Assembly (NCBI GenBank): GCA_964648855.1
Contig: CAZYLT010000022.1
Location: 260-32,259, forward strand
DNA length: 32,000 nucleotides
Origin: an uncultured archaeon
Lineage (GTDB): Archaea; Asgardarchaeota; Thorarchaeia; Thorarchaeales; Thorarchaeaceae
Direction: 5' to 3'
Shown here: positions 1 through 7,488 of the stretch, one piece after another
How positions within the stretch are numbered: position 1 is the first letter of the stretch
Layout of the letters: each line of letters starts with the position of its first letter
Notes under the pieces: generated by a model
Told to the model about the DNA's origin: nothing
Seen by the model: only the letters and a program-made list of their open reading frames with translations
Database searches by the model: none
Translations under genes and position numbers: made by a program

Positions 1-1
1 C

Positions 2-196
2 ATTACAGAGATCGAGGTGGCTCAGTTCTTTGAAGGGCAACAATTCGTTGACATGTCAACTCGAACGCGGCATCCAGCAAAGGTTGCCTTGAACAAGGTG
101 AACGATGTTGAGCTTCCAGTGGAGATTCTTGGATACAATCGTCTGGCAGGATGGCTGCAGCTCAGGGCTTATGCCGCAAAATGGGGTGAATATTGA
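2..196 (+). CDS. 3' end of a hypothetical protein (5'-partial, runs off window)
   Basis: Frame 2 is open from base 2 to TGA 194-196: ITEIEVAQFFEGQQFVDMSTRTRHPAKVALNKVNDVELPVEILGYNRLAGWLQLRAYAAKWGEY*. Composition is protein-like; family not recognised. Confidence 0.55.
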   Translation: MTEIEVAQFFEGQQFVDMSTRTRHPAKVALNKVNDVELPVEILGYNRLAGWLQLRAYAAKWGEY

Positions 197-506
197 AACC
201 CCCACTTGTGTGGAGTCTCCCCTCTTTAGGAATGGCGCTAGGGATAGCACTGAAATCGTCGGTCTGCATGATAAGGCATCCGCCGCCCCCGCGTATATGG
301 GAGAATGGCCTCGTTGCACCCAGTGGAACTAGAGTGCAAAGGTGTTAGTAATCTCTTACTGGATTTTTTGAGAGGCAACATCCTAAGATTCGCTGTTCTG
401 TGTCAATTTCTTGAGTCTATATATGGTACCTTGGAAATAGGAGAAAGACTCTTTGGGAAATAAGCAACATATCTCTTCTAACAAAGAATTAGCATAGAGA
501 ATGAAC

Positions 507-653
507 TCATTCTAAGCCAGTATTTTTGGCGTAGTCGTCTTCATTGGATTCTGCTGCTGTAGTGTTTTTGTGCTGTTGAAGTTCGTCGCCTATCTATTCA
601 AGCTCGGCAAGCTAATCTTCAGAAACAGTCTTGTCTGGACTGGCCGAATCCAT
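507..653 (-). pseudogene. Small acidic ORF remnant with two internal TAG codons
   Basis: ATG at 653 directly follows the TAG of 654..890 in the same frame: MDSASPDKTVSED*LAELE*IGDELQQHKNTTAAESNEDDYAKNTGLE*. Confidence 0.3.
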
Positions 654-890
654 CTACGCCAGCACCCCCGTTGGCTCTTTTCCGACAGCCACATCTTCAT
701 CGGGCTGGCTGTCATGTTCTATTAGCACGTCCTTGATGCGTTGCCATTTTTCAAAAAATAGCATGGGAAACTCATCCTGGCTCAGTCCGGGATTGTGGGG
801 AATCCCCATCTCATCCTCGTACTCTTCTTTCATCTGGTACCATTTCGCCTTCGTCTCCGGCTTCATGTACCATCTGTCGTATTCTGGCAT
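654..890 (-). CDS. Small ribbon-helix-helix-like / antitoxin-like DNA-binding protein
   Basis: 78 aa with a strand-helix-helix pattern (YDRWYMKPETKAKW..MKEEY...LSQDEF..LFFEKW) typical of archaeal MGE RHH proteins. Divergent from the wHTH gene. Confidence 0.5.
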   Translation of the reverse strand: MPEYDRWYMKPETKAKWYQMKEEYEDEMGIPHNPGLSQDEFPMLFFEKWQRIKDVLIEHDSQPDEDVAVGKEPTGVLA

Positions 891-1025
891 GTGTTTAACC
901 TACCGGATTTCACGTTTTGATATGCATCAGATAGGATACACCTACTAATAAGCCTAGCGCATATCCATATGTGAAAAACGCAACGTGAATTTCTTGGGAA
1001 AAGGGTAAAGCGGAGATATGGTTCC

Positions 1026-1322
1026 ATGTTATTGATTTTCATGACGCTGGAACTTCTGGAGCAAACGGGTGCTCTGCGCACATTAGTCAAAGTGTATGAA
1101 AGGCCCCGATTTATTACGGAACTTGTGAGGTCCTCCATTAATCCGGAAGGAATAGCAAGCCTTGATTCTATAATGAAAGTGCGCGAGAAACTAGGAGAGC
1201 TAGGCCTGATCCGCGAGGAGATGGAGGAAGGCGCCCGCCCAAAGACGTTCCTGGTCATCACCGAGAAGGGGAAAAAGGTAGCCGAGAGGCTCAGGGAGAT
1301 ACAGGAGATATTGGGGGATTAA
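1026..1322 (+). CDS. Winged helix-turn-helix transcriptional regulator (MarR/PadR/HxlR-like), copy 1; likely start ATG 1041
   Basis: LGELGLIREE...RPKTFLVITEKGKKVAERL is the wing + 'LTEKG' signature of MarR/PadR-type wHTH. Confidence 0.85.
   Translation: MLLIFMTLELLEQTGALRTLVKVYERPRFITELVRSSINPEGIASLDSIMKVREKLGELGLIREEMEEGARPKTFLVITEKGKKVAERLREIQEILGD
1203..1322 (+). repeat. Direct repeat copy A (3' end of wHTH gene)
   Basis: 120 nt matching 3696-3815 with 17 mismatches by manual alignment, mostly at third codon positions. Confidence 0.9.
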
Positions 1323-1323
1323 G

Positions 1324-1992
1324 TTGGAGGAAAAGAGAAGCCACAATAGGAATGCATCTGGAATTAGATCAGTTTTATTAGAAAAATATTGGTCTGCTAA
1401 AAATGGTCTAGGTCTGCTTGCAATTATGGGCATAACATTGGGGCTTGTTGCCTCTTCTAGCGAATTATGGTTATCAAATGAAAGCTCTCTATTTGCAAGA
1501 TTCACATCTTTCGAACATTCAGTGTTTTACGTCATTATCACGGGGATTATTCTCTTCATCTTGTATTACTATGACTGGAAAAGGACTGTAACTCAGAAGA
1601 GTTTGCTCAGAAATGCTTTCTATTCTCTTGCGTGTGCGCTTCTGGATTTATTCCAAATGTGGTTAGTTATCATGTTTTCCTTTCTCCTTCTAAATGAGCT
1701 CACTCTTTCAAATTTTCATCTGTATTGGAAACTTTTTTATCTCACTATGCCGCTCACAATCGGGGAGTTCGCCTTGTCTTCAGCTCTGACTAATCTTCTT
1801 CAAAAAGCCAAAAATTTGGAGAGAAGATCCCATGAGCATGAACAGAAGATCGTCGAGACGGCCAAAAGCTTACAGGATGTCGTTGTGCCACCAGCACCAG
1901 ATATCAAAGAGGACAGTGAAAGGCTCCAAGACTACCTTAGTAAAAAGAAGAGAGGGGAGAGAAGCATTGGAAACCGAACGGAAGAGAAATGA
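1324..1992 (+). CDS. Membrane protein (about 4 TM helices) with C-terminal coiled coil
   Basis: Four hydrophobic segments followed by a charged heptad-like tail. TTG start 2 nt after the wHTH stop. May be the 5' half of a frameshifted gene with 1832..3445. Confidence 0.7.
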   Translation: MEEKRSHNRNASGIRSVLLEKYWSAKNGLGLLAIMGITLGLVASSSELWLSNESSLFARFTSFEHSVFYVIITGIILFILYYYDWKRTVTQKSLLRNAFYSLACALLDLFQMWLVIMFSFLLLNELTLSNFHLYWKLFYLTMPLTIGEFALSSALTNLLQKAKNLERRSHEHEQKIVETAKSLQDVVVPPAPDIKEDSERLQDYLSKKKRGERSIGNRTEEK

Positions 1993-3445
1993 AGAGATTG
2001 AAGGTATTCTTTCATCGTTGATTGAAACAACTGAGAGATTAGAAAATGTACAGAATGAAATTATGGAAGATAATTTGAATCCCATAATTGAAAAGATGAA
2101 AACTATCACAGATAGAATTCAGGTTCTTAGTGATTCGACCGGCCAAAACAAGGCTGTAATTGTTGAATTGCTTGATGATTTCCAGCAGTTCAGAGCAGAT
2201 TTTGACTCTTGCAGCTCTAGATGCGGAGGAATTCCCAATGAAGAAACTGCAGAAGAGGTCAAGAAGCTATTTGATGATGTAGATGAATTGATTGATGATG
2301 GAAAAACCGACCAAGCGCTTGCATTAGCCTATGAACATAGAGTCAAGCTCAAAGATTCCTGGGATTATTGGATCAAGCTTGGGTCGAGATATAGCGGTGC
2401 CAATGAAAACGAAAAAGCAAAGAAGGCGTTCGAGCAGGCCATAAAACTAAAGCCCGAGGAATTTCTTTCTCATTGTCAGTATAGTGGTCTGATTAAAGTA
2501 ACTGAAGGCCCTGAGAAGGCATTATCCTATATCAAAGAATTCGTAAAGAGTGTGCCTTTGAGGGGGTGTCATGTCTTCTATAATGCACTGGGATGGTTAT
2601 TAATGGATGTTGCAGAACCCAATGATGTAGAGGATATTGTTTCAAATATTACGAACCCCGATTCTCCCGAATGCACTCCCTGCGTCCAAGCATTTCTCTA
2701 TTCCAGAGTAAACATGGATTCCAAAGCTATCTCGATAATTTCAGACCATGATGTTTCAGATTGTGCCATTTATCCTCTCGTTAAGACAGCCATCCACGCA
2801 AAAGCAGAGGTCAAAGAAGGCTTAGAAGATATGGTGAAGTCTGCAAATGTTAGCAAGGATCCAGACCCATTTGAAGTTAGCCTTCTAATTATGATTTTGC
2901 AGAATGTTGGTCGTTCTTTAGATTGCGATCCGACACTAAAATTTGTGAAGAGAGTCAAAAAGAGATTCAAGTCAGAAAAAATACCTGAAGATAGGCAAGG
3001 AGCGTTGCATGAGTATTCTGCATACGCACTTATGGGTGCAGGGTGCAAGAATTTTGAATTCATCTCAAAACTCCAAGATATCGCATTAGAAACGCATGAG
3101 TGCTCATCGCTTCGTTATGATAGAATAATCTTGAAACTCATGTCAAAGCAATACAATAAGGCAGCGGAAGAGGCCAGAGAGGCACTGGATAAATACGATG
3201 ACGATGATTGGATTTTGCTGGCTTCAATTGACGCGATATCTCGTTCCGAGGAGCCGACAGATCTATCAAATCTCTATAAGAAGGCACTGGACATGAAGGA
3301 AATTACCACAAGCAAATACAGACTAATGGTCTTGAAGAATTCAGCGATAAGAATGGATAGCCCATTTCTCTCAGATATTGAAACCTTGCTCAAGAAGATT
3401 GGTGCCTCAGATGAGGATGCGTCTGGTAGTTCTGAAACTAAATAA
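1832..3445 (+). CDS. Coiled-coil + tetratricopeptide-repeat protein (true start probably TTG 1967, or fused to upstream ORF)
   Basis: TPR motif WIKLGSRYSGANENEKAKKAFEQAIKLKPEE plus further helical repeats. N-terminal coiled coil. GAGGGG at 1952-1957 precedes TTG 1967. Confidence 0.75.
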   Translation: MSMNRRSSRRPKAYRMSLCHQHQISKRTVKGSKTTLVKRREGREALETERKRNEEIEGILSSLIETTERLENVQNEIMEDNLNPIIEKMKTITDRIQVLSDSTGQNKAVIVELLDDFQQFRADFDSCSSRCGGIPNEETAEEVKKLFDDVDELIDDGKTDQALALAYEHRVKLKDSWDYWIKLGSRYSGANENEKAKKAFEQAIKLKPEEFLSHCQYSGLIKVTEGPEKALSYIKEFVKSVPLRGCHVFYNALGWLLMDVAEPNDVEDIVSNITNPDSPECTPCVQAFLYSRVNMDSKAISIISDHDVSDCAIYPLVKTAIHAKAEVKEGLEDMVKSANVSKDPDPFEVSLLIMILQNVGRSLDCDPTLKFVKRVKKRFKSEKIPEDRQGALHEYSAYALMGAGCKNFEFISKLQDIALETHECSSLRYDRIILKLMSKQYNKAAEEAREALDKYDDDDWILLASIDAISRSEEPTDLSNLYKKALDMKEITTSKYRLMVLKNSAIRMDSPFLSDIETLLKKIGASDEDASGSSETK

Positions 3446-3497
3446 CCCTCACCTCATTTCCGATACTACCGTTGGGCAACCTATGATTTCGATGTGA

Positions 3498-3815
3498 ACG
3501 GGTGATTCAAGGAGGTTTAGAACGAAGCCTATTGCCAGAACAAATGAAATACCGGGAGCTCTTCAACTGCTCATTTCACTTTATGAAGAGCATAAATACA
3601 TCACATTAGTTCTGAAAAGCAGTAGTAATCCGAAAGGCTTCATTTCCCAAACAGCCTTGTACGAAGCAAGACGCGAGCTAGGAGAGAAGGGTCTTGGCCT
3701 CATCCGCGAGGAGATGGAGGAGGGCGCCCGCCCCAAGACCTTCCTGGTCATCACCGAGAAGGGGAAGCGGGTCGCGGAGAAGCTCAAAGGGATTCAGGAG
3801 ATATTGGAGGAATAG
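3498..3815 (+). pseudogene. Second winged-helix regulator copy lacking a canonical start (missed by ORF track)
   Basis: Open frame from 3498 to TAG 3813-3815: ...NEIPGALQLLISLYEEHKYITLVLKSSSNPKGFISQTALYEARRELGEKGLGLIREEMEEGARPKTFLVITEKGKRVAEKLKGIQEILEE*, colinear with 1026..1322. No upstream in-frame ATG/GTG/TTG. Possible ATT start at 3531 after GGAGGT 3511-3516. Confidence 0.8.
3696..3815 (+). repeat. Direct repeat copy B (3' end of wHTH gene)
   Basis: ggcctcatccgcgaggagatggaggagggcgcccgccccaagaccttcctggtcatcaccgagaagggg... matches copy A. Confidence 0.9.
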
Positions 3816-4038
3816 CAAGATAGGTGCATTTCTCCATGAATTATGTGGATAATTCAAATATCAGTGGAAATATGGCTAAGGAGCATTTTGAACTCATATG
3901 AGGACCATATTTACACCCGCAAATAACATAAGGGCGCATAGAATAGTAAGTTTATTAGAAAGAAGGTGGAGCTAGGCATATGTCGAAGATTGATTTTGAA
4001 TATCATCGCCTTTTTACAGATAACCGGGGTGTTAGAGT

Positions 4039-4416
4039 ATGACCGAGAAGAAAATAATAGCCAATTTCAACTATGAATACTCCCCTGAATACAAGGAGTA
4101 TTATGCAACAGGTGCTAGAGGCGGAATAATTAACGGATATCATTATCATCTGGAATTCTATAGAGAGACACAACATATCTCTACTCAGCAACAATTGGTG
4201 GAAACTTCAGAGGGAAGAAGGGTTGAAGATATTTCCGACGTAGAACCCCCAGTTATTCAGAGAGAATTCTTGTTTGGCCTGAACCTCTCATTTCATGCTG
4301 CTTTTGAACTATATCAGTGGCTAGGAGCAAAATTATCCGATATGGCCAATATACAATCGCGGACTCTTGAAGCACTAAGAGAGTCTGTGCCCACGGGTGA
4401 AACTATGGATGAATGA
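4039..4416 (+). CDS. DUF3467-like small protein
   Basis: Pattern EYYATGARGG...LEFYRE...QREFLFGLNLSFHAAFELYQWL resembles DUF3467-type proteins found in TA/defence-like loci. Confidence 0.55.
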   Translation: MTEKKIIANFNYEYSPEYKEYYATGARGGIINGYHYHLEFYRETQHISTQQQLVETSEGRRVEDISDVEPPVIQREFLFGLNLSFHAAFELYQWLGAKLSDMANIQSRTLEALRESVPTGETMDE

Positions 4417-4915
4417 GCAGGCATCAATATATCCTAGAGAGGAAGATACGAGCAGGGAGCCAACCCTTACCCCCCTGACAAAAGGATATACTTCATCGGA
4501 AAGTTTTCTCATCATAACTGATTCTGATAGGGATCAAACACATATTGCTCGCTATAGCGATGATGCTTTGTTCCGTAGACCTCTTGATACCAGCACAATC
4601 ATTTTGGAGGAAGTCAAAAACCTGAAGAAAAAGGTAGCTGGATTAGAGGAAGCGGTTGAGGTTCTTAGAAGTGACATGGACAGTCATTTAGGTGTCACAA
4701 GGAGCTACTACAAAGACCTTTCTCAAGCCGAGATAAAGGAAATAATCAAAGATCATATCGAAGAAGAGGGGAACTTTTGGCCGGATGAGCTCGCTGAAGA
4801 ATACAACCTTAGCGTCTTGGCTGTCATGGAAGCAATTGACGAGCTTGTCGAGGAAGGGGTTCTTGAGAGGAAGAACAAGAATGACGTACCCAGACGAACT
4901 ACCAGGGGAAATTGA
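4409..4915 (+). CDS. Hypothetical protein: disordered N-terminus, coiled coil, C-terminal winged HTH (antitoxin/regulator-like)
   Basis: ATG 4409 overlaps the upstream stop. LEEVKNLKKKVAGLEEAVEVL coiled coil. FWPDELAEEYNLSVLAVMEAIDELVEEGVL is wHTH-like. Confidence 0.7.
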   Translation: MNEQASIYPREEDTSREPTLTPLTKGYTSSESFLIITDSDRDQTHIARYSDDALFRRPLDTSTIILEEVKNLKKKVAGLEEAVEVLRSDMDSHLGVTRSYYKDLSQAEIKEIIKDHIEEEGNFWPDELAEEYNLSVLAVMEAIDELVEEGVLERKNKNDVPRRTTRGN

Positions 4916-5267
4916 GGCAGAAGTTGTTACCATTGCGTGTAGGCAGACAAGCCCCCGGCAACTGCCACATGAAGCAGTCGATCGCGATGTATATTTTGAA
5001 AGGCGCGTAATTCTCATCTTTCCTGAACCTTATGGAAAAAAGGAGACCTCTTGATTGAATGGTGAAATCTCCGGAAAACACGGCCCTTTTGAGTGTGTAG
5101 CAGCAAGATATGAGAAGCTTAAACGAAGGGGATTGCAGCCACCTGGAACGCATCATTATCAAGAACATACGATAGAAGGAGTACGAATTAGAGAGATTTT
5201 CCCTTATGGGCCCAGAAAATCGCATATGAAAACCCCACAAGAAATTCTATTAGAAAGCGACAACTAG
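4881..5267 (+). pseudogene. Third gene of the operon, interrupted by a single in-frame TGA (5052-5054)
   Basis: ORF-track entries 4785..5054 and 5055..5267 abut in the same frame: MTYPDELPGEIEAEV...YGKKETS*LNGEISGKHGPF...LLESDN*. Confidence 0.55.
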
Positions 5268-5404
5268 GCCACGCTGTAATTCATAAGTTTCATTCTTTCG
5301 ATTCTAAGTACATACACCAAAAATAGTACCTGAATCCCATTCTCTGAGGTTCATATCGGAAGAACACCTAAGTGCTAGTGTAGCTAATTGCCAACCGTGG
5401 TACT

Positions 5405-5872
5405 ATGGAGATTCAGGAACAACAACCAGTATTCAGCCGGTCTGAGAAGTTTGAAATCAACGATATCGAGTTCAGAGAGATTACGATAAACAATTACAGG
5501 CTACAAGCAGAGGGTAGATCATGGACACGCTTCGTGCTTAGACTATCCTTCATCGGCGGAGCCTGGATGGAAAAATGGAGACGGTTTGGTGCAAAATTGC
5601 TCGCGGCAGGGATACTGATGGTGACGTTCCCTCTATTTCTGGGCCCAGTCCTAGGTCTGGGTCTCTTATTCTGGTATTATAGTGGATCCCAGATTCTTTC
5701 CGTGATGTTCGTCTTTGTAGGTATGGCATTGATTGCCATCTGGGTTGTATTCAAGAGGGAGGCAATCAAGATCTACACGCCATCCGAGACCTTCAAGATA
5801 GAAGGGTCAGCAGGCTTCATAGAGGCGGTCTGGGGGGCAATCATGGCACGTCAAGCGTCAAGGGATATCTAA
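5405..5872 (+). CDS. Membrane protein, bacterial-PH-like beta domain interrupted by a 2-TM hairpin
   Basis: Beta strands (EITINNYRL...FVLRLSFIGGAWME), two TM helices, then AIKIYTPSETFKIEG and a terminal helix. This is the split-PH architecture. Confidence 0.6.
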   Translation: MEIQEQQPVFSRSEKFEINDIEFREITINNYRLQAEGRSWTRFVLRLSFIGGAWMEKWRRFGAKLLAAGILMVTFPLFLGPVLGLGLLFWYYSGSQILSVMFVFVGMALIAIWVVFKREAIKIYTPSETFKIEGSAGFIEAVWGAIMARQASRDI

Positions 5873-5877
5873 AACCA

Positions 5878-5910
5878 AGAGGCTCAGGGAGATTCACGAG
5901 ATACTAGGAG
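5878..5910 (+). repeat. Direct repeat copy C (33-bp remnant of wHTH 3' end)
   Basis: agaggctcagggagat is identical to 1285-1300 (16/16), extending to 28/33 versus 1285-1317. Translates RLREIHEILG versus RLREIQEILG. Confidence 0.75.
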
Positions 5911-5921
5911 GGAAATGGACA

Positions 5922-6563
5922 TTGTATGTAATAGCTCGTTTGTATGGCAATCGTGAAAAACAGATAGAATGGCATCAAGGATTGAGAGCGCCCCTCAAGA
6001 ATTTGATTGATAGTGGTGTCATAAAACGTTTTGTTATGACCTATCATGGAGATAAGCTCTATCTCTGTCTTGAGTCGCTCGAATTGATTGAAGATACTCT
6101 CGAACATTTAATGGTAGCCAGTTCATTCAGTGCCATCACCAACTATCTGATTGAGAATGTTGGAGAAAAAAGCATTGAGACATCTAACTATGAATTCGAG
6201 GTTCGGGACTCAATTCTTGCCACACTGAGGAAAAAAGGAGTCCAAAATCCCTCAGATGCCTTTGTTTCTGAACTGACTAAAAGGCAAATCGATAATGCAT
6301 CGCGTGGATCCAAAGCGGCTATGGAAATACTCTCACAAGACCCAGCTGATATTTCTGACTGGAATTCACTGACATACGCGGCCTTTAAGAAATGCCATCC
6401 CCTAAATGAAGGTTGGTTCATCTCTGATTCAGCGCATTTTTGCTTCAATTCACTAGGATTGTCAAATCAGGAGGAAGTTGCCTGTAGAAGCCTATTCGAA
6501 GTAATTAACAGTGTGAATAGCGCTGTGAGAAATCTTTTTGACCGGGAAGATTGGAAAACATAG
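5922..6563 (+). CDS. Hypothetical protein distantly similar to lantibiotic dehydratase C-terminal / thiopeptide-type domain (PF14028-like)
   Basis: Motifs IKRFVMTYH..KLYLCL, NYEFEV and SAHFCFNSLGLSNQEE echo WFFIRY..HLRLR, YEPE and HMxxNRLGxxxxxE. SD GGAGGG at 5907-5912. Confidence 0.5.
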   Translation: MYVIARLYGNREKQIEWHQGLRAPLKNLIDSGVIKRFVMTYHGDKLYLCLESLELIEDTLEHLMVASSFSAITNYLIENVGEKSIETSNYEFEVRDSILATLRKKGVQNPSDAFVSELTKRQIDNASRGSKAAMEILSQDPADISDWNSLTYAAFKKCHPLNEGWFISDSAHFCFNSLGLSNQEEVACRSLFEVINSVNSAVRNLFDREDWKT

Positions 6564-6619
6564 AAATTAGAGAAATGTTAAGAAACGAAGAAGAATGACT
6601 ACAGCTCTTCATCGATGTC

Positions 6620-6991
6620 TTATTCAGGAGGAGTAACTCGGACTGTTTCAGTAGAGCGAAGCGTCCACTTGTTATCATATTTGACAAATACCTTCAAAGT
6701 GAAATCAGATGACGTACTAAGACTCCCGGTATGTCGAACTCTTAGTACCGGATTCAAAAAATTCGTATTCTGACAGTTGATTATTAATCTGTGTTTTGGC
6801 CGAATTTGTTCAGTCACCATTCGGAGGTCCTCTTCAAGACGAATTTTTACTGTGGGGGGGCATTCAAACTTCATTTTATACTCATTCAAACCCGGTCCAT
6901 TTTCTGCTTCGATATACAAGACCATAGGATACCATCCGATAATTGTGGGAAATGAGCCAAGCTCATAACCACAAGAACGTCGAAAAAACAT
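6620..6991 (-). CDS. Hypothetical all-beta protein (possibly 5'-truncated)
   Basis: 123-aa ORF with alternating hydrophobic strand pattern. Starts right at the putative island junction. Confidence 0.45.
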   Translation of the reverse strand: MFFRRSCGYELGSFPTIIGWYPMVLYIEAENGPGLNEYKMKFECPPTVKIRLEEDLRMVTEQIRPKHRLIINCQNTNFLNPVLRVRHTGSLSTSSDFTLKVFVKYDNKWTLRSTETVRVTPPE

Positions 6992-7002
6992 CCTAATGTT
7001 GA

Positions 7003-7281
7003 CACATTTCTGGAATTATCACATCTACGCTCGCTGCAATGGTCCTTTGGTCTGAGCGAAACAATGCAAATCACAAGCAACTCTACATAGCTACGTGTAT
7101 TGTATTTCTTCTCTGTGCTGCCTCCAATGTCTTTGCCTTTCTTAGGAATATCGAATTCATTCTATACCAGACAATATATACCAGCAATCCGCTTTTCATT
7201 CCAAATTTCATTGCCTGTGGAATTATCAGACCCATTCTCTTATTCGCGATTTTCTTTCGCAGGATTTCCCAACTTCCGTAA
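7003..7281 (+). pseudogene. 5'-truncated paralog of membrane protein 7489..8148
   Basis: STLAAMVLWSERNNANHKQLYIATCIVFLLCAASNVF aligns with TIVGLTLWTAASNSTRPIFFEFAAFVIPVASILHF, with similar distance to the stop. The frame is closed upstream by TGA 7000-7002. Confidence 0.45.
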
Positions 7282-7488
7282 ACTAAGGCCCAAATAGATA
7301 ATCTGCTGCGATATTAAGTCAGCTGCAAAATAATCTCCAGCGCGGCGCTCTCCCTCAACACTAAGTATTATATGAAAGACATTGGGGTTCGTAAATGAAT
7401 ACGGTTTCCGTTCTACTTGATTCACTATGAAAATTAAAGAACAATTCACGACAATCAGGCTTTTCACTTCATGATATGGTGAATAGAA

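Larger units (their letters stand above)
1..7000. mobile_element. Accessory island / end of an integrated element (provirus- or plasmid-like), boundaries approximate
   Basis: Divergent RHH/wHTH regulators, repeated regulator fragments, several broken ORFs, AT-richer cargo genes and no housekeeping genes. Ends at a truncated host-type gene near 7003. No integrase or att site identified in the window. Confidence 0.5.

Noticed and set aside
56-332. ORFs 56..319(-) and 105..332(+)
   Set aside because: They overlap the more plausible frame-2 partial CDS (2..196) and have atypical composition.
197-340. GC-rich patch as a tRNA gene
   Set aside because: No cloverleaf or T-arm consensus could be built on either strand.
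3893-3902. Palindrome CTCATATGAG
   Set aside because: 10-bp palindromes are expected by chance many times in 32 kb, and there is no second copy.
1203-5910. wHTH repeats as CRISPR, DGR TR/VR or IS ends
   Set aside because: Irregular kb-scale spacing, direct orientation, and mostly synonymous (not adenine-specific) differences. No cas, reverse transcriptase or transposase gene in the window.
7325-7350. aatctccagcgcggcgct as a tRNA 3'-end / att site
   Set aside because: No T-loop GTTCRA and no acceptor-stem partner. The better junction evidence is near 7000.
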